Shown here in pieces: positions 53,653-64,000 of a stretch of DNA of 64,000 nt. The stretch's first letter is position 1; the number at the start of each line of letters is the position of its first letter. The DNA is from Eledone cirrhosa (Eukaryota): the NCBI GenBank assembly GCA_964016885.1, contig OZ024743.1:58404001-58468000 (forward strand), in the 5' to 3' direction. Below the pieces are notes generated by a model. The model searched no databases, had not been told where the DNA came from, and saw nothing but the letters and a program-made list of their open reading frames with translations. Both the position numbers and the translations under genes were made by a program.

Positions 53653-53817
53653 CAAGTATAATATTAGTCTTCCATGCAGGTGTCGTAAATTGATGTTCAA
53701 TATATTTTGGTGTAAAGGTGATGGAACCAGATATTCCAAATAAAAGGATACACACAGCTAACAGTGTCAGAACATATACAGGTGATCTCATCACTCGACA
53801 TAGAGTCTTCGGAAAAG
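53653..53817 (-). CDS. SLCO: SLCO coding exon 4
   Basis: atgcag|CT TTT CCG; encodes AFPKTLCRVMRSPVYVLTLLAVCILLFGISGSITFTPKYIEHQFTTPAWKTNIILG (FxPKYIExQF motif); donor GTAAGT; 165 nt. Not in the ORF track. Confidence 0.93.
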
Positions 53818-53929
53818 CTGCATTGAAAGATTTCTTCAGAAGTAAATGTTAAGAGATGCAGACGTTTCATTTGTAACTATTCACAACAATAATAATTTAA
53901 TCTTATTTCTCTTTATTGTTATTTCTTTT

Positions 53930-54120
53930 TACAAACAGACTACCGAAGATTATAATAAATGTTCGGTAAACCCATACGTACAGATATATATGTGTGCATG
54001 TATGTATGTATATACATACTACTGTACGTCTGTATACATATATGTATGTACGTACACATACTTATATTTAAGTATCAGCCGTAATATGAGTGAGAAATGA
54101 AATTTCATTTTTTCCATTTA
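53930..54120 (+). mobile_element. Fragment of the 431-bp HHR repeat (HHR absent)
   Basis: Matches 12126-12318. Confidence 0.75.
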
Positions 54121-54249
54121 TTGTTACTTAATTTACCTGAAAGTTATGTTTATTCACAATGTAGCCAAATGTCATACTTTCTACTCTTTACTAATCACAG
54201 CCCATTGCATCTATTTTTCCAGTGTTCTCTTATTATTATTGAGTCTTAA

Positions 54250-54462
54250 GAGCGCATGGTTGGCTGTATCGGTAGAGCATTGGACATGTTTTGCATAGAG
54301 TTACTGCCCTTTACAATCTTAGTTCAAATCCCGCCACGGTTAGCTTTGCTTTTCATTTTTATGGGATAGATAGCAAAAAGTAATAGTAACGTAATGGGGT
54401 CGATTTAATAGACTTTCCCCCTCCCCCAAATTGTTGGCATTGAGTCTAAATCAAAGACCATT
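54250..54462 (+). mobile_element. SINE family 1, diverged
   Basis: TTGGCTGTATCGGTAGAG head and AGTTCAAATCCC B-box. Confidence 0.65.
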
Positions 54463-55660
54463 ATCAAGGTTGTTAATTGCCAGAGTCGTTAGAAGGCCCG
54501 GTAGAATATTTTGGGGTAAACTTCCTACTTCCTGGAGTTTAATTCCCGCCAACCTCAGCATTACTTTTTATTCTTTTTAAGTCCATTAAATACACTACCA
54601 GTACAGTTTGGTGTGATTCTTATTCTATAACTCTTTTTCAATGGGGCTCTTTCACTCACTTTCTCTCGGATACGTTGAGACAAGCTGTACATCATTACAA
54701 CTCTCCTGAGGCTCCACCGTGAGTTAAGGTCCCACCGCATGCCATGGCTTATCATCATTGATTGGTAAGTTTTACAGCTAATCAGCTTTTTTCAATAGAC
54801 CTCAATACACCCGAAAACATTGAAATTAATGTGATTGTAGTATTTTAGTTTTAAAGTCATTGGTAATGGTTGAACGTAGAACCTATGACAACAAAACTAT
54901 GATCCACAGACATAAGTTGTTATTTACAACACTATTTCTACTAAGCATAACTTCATTGTACTCAGCTGTCTGTGATACAGCATACTTTATATGTTTTGTC
55001 ACATGTGTTTATCATATATTGATCGGAATCAATATATGAGCTACCACGTAGACGATTCATCGTCACTTCGTATTATGTATGATATTTGCAATGCACAAGG
55101 CCTATATAGCTGTAACATGTTTCTTCACAAGGAAATATTATTTATAAAATGATAAAATATCTACGCTTGATATGTCACTCTACTATTCATATCCTACGAA
55201 ATATGAAGGTAGTCTCAGTAGAATTTAGAACATTAGTAATTTATTAACTAACTTAACAAACGTGCCCCCACCACATTGCTGGAAAGCTGTTACTCCGTTT
55301 AAATTGAATGTCATCTACTAATATCGAAGTCAAGCAGCTCAGTGGACAGTCAATGGGCTAATGTAATTTATCAGATTGATAAACATCGAATAAAATGTCC
55401 AGCATCTGTCTGTTATGATTCATTACGTTCCTGGAACATAAACCGTCGAGGTTCTAAAGTTTGCCCTACATTTTTGCCGAATCGATAAAAAAAAGACAAA
55501 GTCAAGTATTATGGTTGATATAATCTACTGATAGGTTTCCTCAAATATCTGGTTGTGTACTTATATAAATAATCATCTTTACTCCTTGGAATGTAGGCAA
55601 ATTTACACATTAAAAGATATCAACAAACGGCTAGAATATAATGTCTTGACAAACACAAAC

Positions 55661-55834
55661 CTTTAAATTTACAAATCAGATCTTTGTCTCCGTGGTATTC
55701 AATAGTTTGCTTCCGAAAGTGTCTTGGGAAGAAGAGTAAGGGGATGCTGAAAACGAGAGAACCTAGTCCGAAGGTTACAAACCCTAACCACCAAGCACCA
55801 ATCCAGCGAGGATCTTTGGGTGTCATACCACGAT
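55661..55834 (-). CDS. SLCO: SLCO coding exon 3 (OATP signature)
   Basis: tttcag|AT CGT GGT...; contains the OATP family signature DPRWIGAWWLGF; donor G|GTTTGT; 174 nt, phase 1-1. Confidence 0.95.
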
Positions 55835-56617
55835 CTGAAATAGTACATAAATTCGATTGATATATCTATTGTATAATACAAAGTACTCCAATTGTTTTTT
55901 GTGCCTTTTTCTGTATTCAGCTATATTGCTTAATGCTTCGTGCTGTACATTAATATATCCTGACGTACTTTAATATACATTATTGTATATTGGCGTTCAG
56001 TATTGCACGTTGATGTACACTTTAAGACTCAGTATTAATGTTAACTATTGTATTTTAATAACAAAGTTGTACTTCATTATCTATCACTATAGTTTAGTAC
56101 CTAGTATTGTAATCTTATATGCAGCAATGTAATTCAATGATCCATATTGTACTTTAATGAACACATTTGTATTTTAAAGTTGAGTATTGCACTATAATCT
56201 CATTAATGAGCTTAATGTCTATCTAATGTACTTTAATGTCTAATATTTTCCTTTAGTGTGCAACTGTGCGGTCATTTCATCAATGTATTCTATTTTCAAG
56301 AATTATTTTTTAGTATTACATATTATACATTAAAGTGCATAATTGTGCCTACATTGATTACCAATATGGTAATTCAATATTGTACTTTAATTTTAGTATT
56401 CTACTTTGTTATCAATAGAGGAATGATTAAGAAAAAGGACAATAGAGAGACTAATGCTTGGCATGAAGACAACGTATTGAGCAGGCACTATCGGCAGGGA
56501 CCACCTAAAATTGATTGTTATCACTGCTAGATATTATCATCAATGGTGCAGTTGATGCCTGTTTTTTTGCAACAATCACATTATTTATTTTAAGGCTATA
56601 TGTAATTTGTTACTTAC

Positions 56618-56704
56618 CTTTCAAGTCTACAGGAAGTTTACTGAAAATCCCTCCAAGCAGAAACGCTAGCGAAGGCCCGAATATTGCCATTGTTATAATT
56701 ATAC
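56618..56704 (-). CDS. SLCO: SLCO coding exon 2
   Basis: ctctttaag|GT ATA ATT...; encodes GIIITMAIFGPSLAFLLGGIFSKLPVDLK; donor G|GTAAGT; 87 nt, phase 1-1. Confidence 0.92.
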
Positions 56705-57087
56705 CTTAAAGAGAAAAATAGAAAATGCCATGAAATGTGATTGGTAATGGCATTTTCTGTTGATCAAGAGTCATTTTAGCAGAAGAGTTAGAGTAATATG
56801 AATGGACGTGCCAAATATTTAACATGGTGCTTATAGTTTACGATTGGGATCTATAATTGAAGGTAACGATATTTTGACAGCAGATGAAGATTGAAGAAGG
56901 GGGAGGACAAGGGAAATCTGATGCTCCTTGTTTTCCTCCTTTTTCAAACTTTTCTTTATTTCATCTGCCTCTCACCCACCTTGTGGATTGTCTCTCTGTT
57001 GACTACTGGCCGCTGGGACTCATTGGGACTCATTTTATAACATGTTATCCATGTGCAACCAGCAGTATTCTTCTCACCCATATTTTC

Positions 57088-57130
<43 letters not shown>

Positions 57131-57264
57131 ACTGTGCATGTGTGTGTCTATGCTTCTACGTGTTTGTTTATGAATCTTTATGAATATATTTTACTGGCAG
57201 TCACTTGTAGAAATTGTTAGTTGGAAATTGGTTCCAGATCAAAGAAAAACATATTTTTACTTAC

Positions 57265-58108
57265 CCATGTACATTCCGGTTTTTGTTTTGTTCTTGACAT
57301 TGTTGTCAATAAAAGCTGTGATTAGTGAAGTACGGGGTGACTTGGCTACCCCTTGTATTATCATGCCAACCATAAACAAAATAAATGCATTGTGGGTTTG
57401 ACTGGCATATTTGTTTATATCGTTAGTTAAACAATCAGGCGTTGTGTCGTTTCTTTCATTTGAAGAATTACATAAATGAATTTCATTCATGTTAGATGTG
57501 TGGTTAGAGAAAATATCTTCTTCGTTCATGTTTCTTGGCTCATGATTGATAAAATATATGAAGCAACACACTAAACCGGACAATCCAAACAGAAATGTTG
57601 AAGCACCGAGAAATCTGGGTACATGAGATCGCCTAGCAAAGTGGCTGACGAAGAGTACTGTTGTAAGGAATCCAATATCGTTGCCACTCATTATAATCCC
57701 TATCTGGGAACTATTAAATCCGAATTGTTTCTCTATCGAGGTGATCTGCGACGTGAGATACACACTTAGGGTCTGCGTTAGTAAGGCAGCAAAACTGTAC
57801 GTTGCTGTAAAGCAGGGTAAGTTAGCACACACCTGCACTATGGGGGGTTTACATGTAGATATCCCACATTCGGCAACAAATTCATCTTCATTCGTATATG
57901 ATCTGTCATTTGCATTGATACTGTTATTTGTATCGCAGCCTAGCGAGGACAGGTCGTCTTCAAAAGACTTGTTGTCATATTTATCATTGCTGTCGTCTCC
58001 TGAAACAGAAGCTGTGTATATAATTTGCTCTTCTGAGGTCTGTGTGCTTTCAATGGTATGTTTACCATCTTCATTTGATACAGTGCAACTTCCAGATTTA
58101 GCAGCCAT
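57265..58108 (-). CDS. SLCO: OATP/SLCO transporter, coding exon 1
   Basis: ttttgcag|ATG GCT at 58108. Encodes ...SQITSIEKQFGFNSSQIGIIMSGNDIGFL... (OATP TM1-2) to ...FIDNNVKNKTKTGMYMG. Donor G|GTAAGT; 844 nt, phase 1. Confidence 0.93.
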
Positions 58109-58724
58109 CTGCAAAAGTATATCAATGATAAACATTAAATGAATTAATTATAGACGTTAAAAGTATTTGCTTTAATATCATTTCTATGATATTTATTTCA
58201 ATAAAGGTTGGTGAATCTAGCGATACGAGTAAATAATTGGATTAAATTCATCATCGAATTATTTGTTAATTTTCAAGCTAATTTTGGTAAAATAAGCATC
58301 AGTACTTTTTTCTATATCTTTTTCCGTTTTATTATTTTACGTCGGGTGGGCGTCTGAATTATAGTATCTGGACACAATGCATATAAGTAGCTGGTCTATA
58401 TTGCTGATAAGCTAAGGCTCTGAATGGTGGCATACCATACCGTCAAAATAGCGAACCTGGCTGAGAGATTAATTAATATGCTGCTATTATGAACAGATTA
58501 TTATCCTGTTATTAATACTACTCACTTCATATTAGCAATTATTACTGTGTAAAACACAATGCACATTGACGTCACATCCCAGTGAAGTCATTTGATATTT
58601 GCCATTCCGGAAGCTAAAACTTGAGTGGCAATCTTTAATTAAATATTATATAATTTCAACTACACAACTAATACTCTTAAAGAATGTATGGATATTATAG
58701 CGGCTCAATTCCATAAATTTAAAA

Positions 58725-59155
58725 GAAGAAATTAAATGAAGAGTTTTGGGATTAACTTTACTCGATAGAGTACATAGTTCGGAGATCAGAGAGTCACTCC
58801 AGGTACAACCGGTACTTCTTCGAATTGAGAGATCACAGCTCCGATATTCTGGGCATGTGGTTAGATTGTCTCAAGAAAGAATTGCTGGGCAGATTTTACG
58901 GGCAAAACCAACACAGATGTAGACTCCGAGCAAGATGGTTAGATAACATCCATGAGCTCTATTGGTCTCACTTGAAGATCCAGCCAAATCAGTTGGAGAG
59001 GGTTGCTTATAACAGGACCCACTGGAAGGAGTGTTTGAGGACTCAGCTCCCACGACCCTCAAATGATGAAGAAGAAGAAGGAGAAGAAGAAGTAGTAGAA
59101 GAAGAAGTAGAATAATAATAATAATAATAAGAAGAAGAAGAAGAACAAGAAGAAT
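58725..59155 (+). mobile_element. RTE LINE 3' end with (GAA)n tail
   Basis: TLLDRVHSSEIRESLQVQP..IERSQLRYSGHVVR...RARWLDNI. Confidence 0.75.
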
Positions 59156-59528
59156 TATACATTGGAAGAGCCATTTTACCTATGTAAAAAATACTTTTCT
59201 CCGATTTATTACCAAGACAAATCTTCCACGTTTTAAAGGTGCCAGGTTCAATACTCAGTCTCTGATTAAATCAGCTAACGATACATTTGAATGAAATATG
59301 TAAAATTTAGACATCAGACATAAGTCACCACTTGCGTATGATGTGTACAGATGTGTGATAAAATAGAAAGAAAAACTAAAGTATATATATATATATATAT
59401 ACATACTCATACACACGCACATACACACAGACACACACCACACACATATATATATATATACATATGTAAATATATGTATATATATATAATATTAAATAAA
59501 TGGAAACTATATTTATAAAACCATATTT

Positions 59529-59592
59529 ATTTCATTATATATATTTCAGGGATATCATATTAACAATATGCTATGCCTTCCTCAGACAAAAT
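59529..59592 (-). ncRNA. Type I hammerhead ribozyme (family-B tail)
   Basis: ATTTTGT-CTGAGGA-AGG.ATA.CATATT/AATATG.TAT.CCT-GAAATATATAT-A|ATGAAAT; flank near-identical to 6416-6470. Confidence 0.8.
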
Positions 59593-59604
59593 ACAATATA
59601 AACA

Positions 59605-59659
<55 letters not shown>

Positions 59660-59892
59660 AAAGAATAGAGGTGTAAAAACACGAGTTGTGATATATTGGT
59701 AAAAGGAAAAGAAAATGCTGACAAGTTGTTCCCAGTGAAAAATAGTTTAATTAGGAATAAGTAAAAATTAGTAATAAGTATTGGTTAGCATTCAGTTTTA
59801 GTTTTAAGTTTTTACCGGTTGCGCATTTCTAATGCTTTTCAAAAATAATTTTGAGATAGAGCGCCCGTGATGTTTGCTCTAATCTGTATATA

Positions 59893-59938
<46 letters not shown>

Positions 59939-59953
59939 CTGTAGATCTGTATA

Positions 59954-60007
<54 letters not shown>

Positions 60008-60143
60008 CTGTATATATATGTATATATATATATATATCTAATCTGTATATATATGTATATATATATATAGATACATTTTTTATTTTTTATTTGAATTTGG
60101 CAAAGCCGGTCATTTATCGCTCGTATACAGGAAACTGACAGGG

Positions 60144-60242
60144 CAGTTTGCTGATATGCACATCTGGCTGATCAGTGGATCTGCTAATATGCAGATCTGA
60201 CTGATCAGTCAGTCTGCGAATATGCAAATCAGGCCGATCAGT
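60144..60242. repeat. 33-bp tandem repeat, 3 copies
   Basis: Units at 60144, 60177 and 60210: ..TGC.AATATGCA.ATC.G.CTGATCAGT. Confidence 0.8.
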
Positions 60243-60306
60243 CACTGTGTATTATTGAAAATAGCATATATTTTCACTAGCTCTGACAGTTTGGAAGGTG
60301 AACAGT

Positions 60307-60356
60307 GAGTTGTACTGATGAAGGGTGATACCCAGAAACAATAGTGTCTGCAGTTC
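60307..60356 (+). ncRNA. Type I hammerhead ribozyme, canonical core
   Basis: GAGTTGTA-CTGATGA-A GGGT GAT ACCC A-GAAACA ATAG TGTC|TGCAGTTC; cleavage after C60348. Confidence 0.8.
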
Positions 60357-61333
60357 TGTTCGCATGCCAACATAGGAGCAAGAATGAAGTGTTCATTCTA
60401 CTGACATGGCTATACAATTGAGGCTTATTTACATAATTGCAAACGAATCGAATGTTATTATTAATATTCGAAAATGTACTGGATAATTGCTGGCCTTGTG
60501 CCAATAGTAGAAACAATTATTAATATTCGACAAACTCGGATTACATTTATTGTATTCAGCCATGTAGAGTGAAATTTTCTTTTTATATACATATATATAT
60601 ATATACATATAAACAAATAGTAAAAATGAAAAAAATTCAGTAGAAAATGCTGGAGGGATTTTAGTTTCAGCATTATATGCTTTTTCAACGGCAAAATTTC
60701 AACGATTTAAGAATGCTAGCATTACAGGCAGGAATACCAAGATAGATATTTTTAGAAACAATTACTTTCCCGGTCAACTCTAAGGTCATTCAACCATTCA
60801 AGCCAATCTGACGTCCAGCTCGCCGTTGTAAGGACCTTTGAAAGTGATTATCACCACAACAGATTGCTACCACACCTACCCGCTGTCTTCTTCTTCTCCT
60901 CCTTTACCGACTTCTCCCTCTCACCCTCCTTTTGCGTCTCCTTCACCCCCACTACTACCAGTCGAAACCAGCTATCAGAACCAACAATTTAAAACTACTA
61001 CCACCTCTGTTAGCCAACTAGCAGAGAATGAAGAATAACTTTGGACAAAGACATAAACTTTCCTCTCTAAATATGTATGTAAAAACTAATAATTTTTCTT
61101 CCCCATTTTATTATTATTCGTATAAGTATGCAACGTAACTGCACTATGCGTGTCTGCCGTTGAAAAAGCATATAGTGTTGAAACCGTTACCACTATTAAA
61201 TGCGGAAATACCCACTTTATAAATAAATGTTTTGATATTATACTGAAAAAATCCCTCCAGCATTTTCTACTGATTTTCTTTCTTTTTAAATATTTGTTTA
61301 TATATATCAACTCGTGTGTCACCTTTATACATT

Positions 61334-61496
<163 letters not shown>

Positions 61497-61831
61497 ACAC
61501 ACACACACACAAATATATATATATGTATATATATAATCTAGAAAGATTCGCTGGCCGATTCCTCTCTAAAATAGTAAAATTCTATTATACCAAGCATCGA
61601 GTACTCGGTGGAATAACGGTCTTCTTAGTTTAATACTGGTTTAATTCTTATATATATATATATATATAAAATAACAGTTTAAAGTTTAAGCAAAGAATCG
61701 CTGCTTTCAGCATTAAACTTCTTTTCTTAAAGTTTAATCTGTTATTTTAATAAATATTCGCTCTATGGTTTTTATCCTTATCGAGCCCACTTTGGATTTT
61801 AAGCTTGACATTTATTTTTATTACACTCCAT

Positions 61832-61887
<56 letters not shown>

Positions 61888-61942
61888 GTGAGGTTTTTTT
61901 TACAAAATGAAAAATAACCGAGGTGTCCTACACGAGTGGAAG

Positions 61943-62228
61943 TATAAAGAAAAAGAGATGAAATCGAAAATGCAACTGAAGTCTTATTTTTTTTTTGAAT
62001 ATATATATTTATTTGGTTCCTTTACCGGTTTCGCAGTTCTTCTGCTTTTCAAAAGGTGAGTTGAGATGGAGGGTCTGTGGTTTTTTGAGAAAAACCACAG
62101 ACCCTCCATCTCAACTCACCTTTTGAAAAGCAGAAGAACTGCGAAACCGGTAAAGGAACCAAATAAATATATATATTCAAAAAAAAAATAAGACTTCAGT
62201 TGCATTTTCGATTTCATCTCTTTTTCTT

Positions 62229-62232
<4 letters not shown>
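61943..62232. repeat. 290-bp perfect palindrome (143-bp arms, 4-nt loop)
   Basis: 61943-62085 is the reverse complement of 62090-62232; contains GAAACCGGTA; related tails at 20160, 42120, 47305 and 59657. Confidence 0.92.
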
Positions 62233-62302
<70 letters not shown>

Positions 62303-62360
62303 TGCGTGTGTGTGTGTGTGTGCGTGTGTGTATGTGTATGTGTATGTGTGTGTGTGTATG

Positions 62361-62405
<45 letters not shown>

Positions 62406-62665
62406 AAAAGAATGAAACGAAATTTCATTTCTCACTCTTAGTACGGCTGATACCTAAATATAAGTATGTATACGTACATACATATATGTGTACAGACGTA
62501 CAGTAGTATGTATATATATACATACATGCACACATATATATATGTAGGTATGGGTTTACCGAACATTTATTATAATGTTCGGTTTGTTTGTAAACAAACA
62601 GCCCGAATTACGCCGTACACTACTCGGCAGCCATCGCCGCTCATTTGTTCAACACTGTCGCAGGA

Positions 62666-62708
62666 ACGATGTACAAGTTTCAAGCTTATTATCTATCGTC
62701 AGCATCGT
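62666..62708 (-). ncRNA. Minimal hammerhead ribozyme (431-bp repeat)
   Basis: As 12010-12052 with two substitutions (stem II and stem III loop). Confidence 0.75.
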
Positions 62709-63096
62709 ATACCTTTCTGTCAGATGATTGAACGTTTGAAAGTATATACTTTCCTTATGCATATTAACGGCTAGCAGCCTAATTTGCATATCGAGTGAGT
62801 TAGTCGGCCGGGCGTACCGAAAACGATAAATGGAGAAGAATGAAACGAAATTTCATTTCTCACTCTTAGTACGGCTGATACCTAAATATAAGTATGTTTA
62901 CGTACATACATATATGTGTACAGACGTACAGTAGTATGTATATATATACATACATGCACACACATATATATATATGTACGTATGGGTTTACCGAACATTT
63001 ATTATAATGTTCGGTATGTTTGTAAACAAACAGCCGAATTACGCCGTACAGTGCTCGGCAACCATCGTCGCCCTTTCATTCAACACTGACACAGGA

Positions 63097-63139
63097 ACTA
63101 TGTACTAGTTTCAAGCTTATTAGCTATCGTCAGCATCGT
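63097..63139 (-). ncRNA. Minimal hammerhead ribozyme (431-bp repeat)
   Basis: Core intact; one stem I mismatch. Confidence 0.82.
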
Positions 63140-63323
63140 ATACCTTTCTGTCAGATGATTGAACGTTTGAAAGTATATACTTTCGTTTCATTCTTTTCTG
63201 TTTATCGCATTCGTTACGCCCGGCCGACTAACTCACTCGATATGCAAATTAGGCTGCTCAGCCGTTCATATGCATGAGGAAAGTATATACTTTCAAACGT
63301 TCAATCATCTGACAGAAAGGTAT

Positions 63324-63366
63324 ACGATGCTGACGATAGCTAATAAGCTTGAAACTAGTACGTCGT
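63324..63366 (+). ncRNA. Minimal hammerhead ribozyme (431-bp repeat)
   Basis: ACGATG-CTGACGA-TAGCTAATAAGCTT-GAAACTAGTA|CGTCGT. Confidence 0.85.
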
Positions 63367-63564
63367 TCCTGTGTCAGTGTTGAACAAAAGGGCGACGATG
63401 GTTGCCGAGCACTGTACAGCAAATTCGGGCTGTTTGTTTACAAACAAACCGAACATTATAATAAATGTTCGGTAAACTCATACGTACATATATATATGTG
63501 TGCATGTATGTATATATATACATACTACTGTACATCTGTACATATATGTATGTACGTATACATA

Positions 63565-63620
<56 letters not shown>

Positions 63621-64000
63621 AGAGAGATACAGAGAGAGAGAGAGAGAAAGAAAGTGAAAGAAAAAGAGAGAAAGAGTATGTGTGTGTTTGTGTTTGTTTT
63701 TGAGCAACGGATGGTAGAATTAGTAGAGAGTTGTTTTTGTTAACATTCATTTATTACACGTGTTTCACTGTAATTGCGTGTACCTGCATCATTCTAGAGT
63801 GGGATGATACAATGCAGAAAACTGCTGACCACTGTGTTGAGTAAGAATTGTATTACTTGTTCTTCTCTCTAACTTTCACTCTGTAATATATAAATATAAT
63901 ATCATTTTATTTTATCTGGTATACTTGTATAAGAATATTTTAATGAATGGATTTATATGGACGTATTTATTTTATAGTTTAAACACCAAATGCAATGGTT

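Larger units (their letters stand above)
62402..63570. mobile_element. Tandem/inverted array of the 431-bp HHR repeat (non-LTR retrozyme-like)
   Basis: Two head-to-tail minus copies (HHR period 431 bp), then a plus copy from ~63181. Confidence 0.85.

Noticed and set aside
55900-56420. Recurring GTACTTTAAT-like motif in SLCO intron 2
   Set aside because: Looks like an old degenerate satellite with no fixed period or evident function.
57681-58142. 153-aa plus-strand ORF
   Set aside because: Antisense shadow of SLCO exon 1.
61155-61200. TTGAAAA-stem-GAAACCGTTA, a possible U3-A8 hammerhead
   Set aside because: Stem I does not pair convincingly and stem III is too short.

Overview
AT-rich, microsatellite-dense animal genomic DNA, probably from a cephalopod (octopus-like SINE and RTE tails; inference). 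One host gene is present: a complete 9-coding-exon organic anion transporting polypeptide (SLCO/OATP) on the minus strand, 58108->33770. All its splice sites are GT-AG and phase-consistent, giving 2274 nt and about 757 aa. The rest is mobile DNA: several Penelope-like elements (PLEs, GIY-YIG type, Hydra-like and Neptune-like), RTE and Tx1/L1-like LINE remnants, tRNA-derived SINEs, non-autonomous Helitrons and TA-flanked MITEs. The main hidden layer, read by eye from the sequence, is about 17 type I hammerhead ribozyme (HHR) motifs from at least 8 families. They sit in PLE 3' ends and in non-coding tandem units of ~431, ~663 and ~699 bp that look like retrozymes. They include core variants (U3-A8; C4 in two diverged copies), a stem II expanded into a multi-hairpin domain, palindromic stem III loops suited to dimer cleavage, and sense-strand HHRs inside introns of the SLCO gene. 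All folds were assigned manually and no activity is shown.
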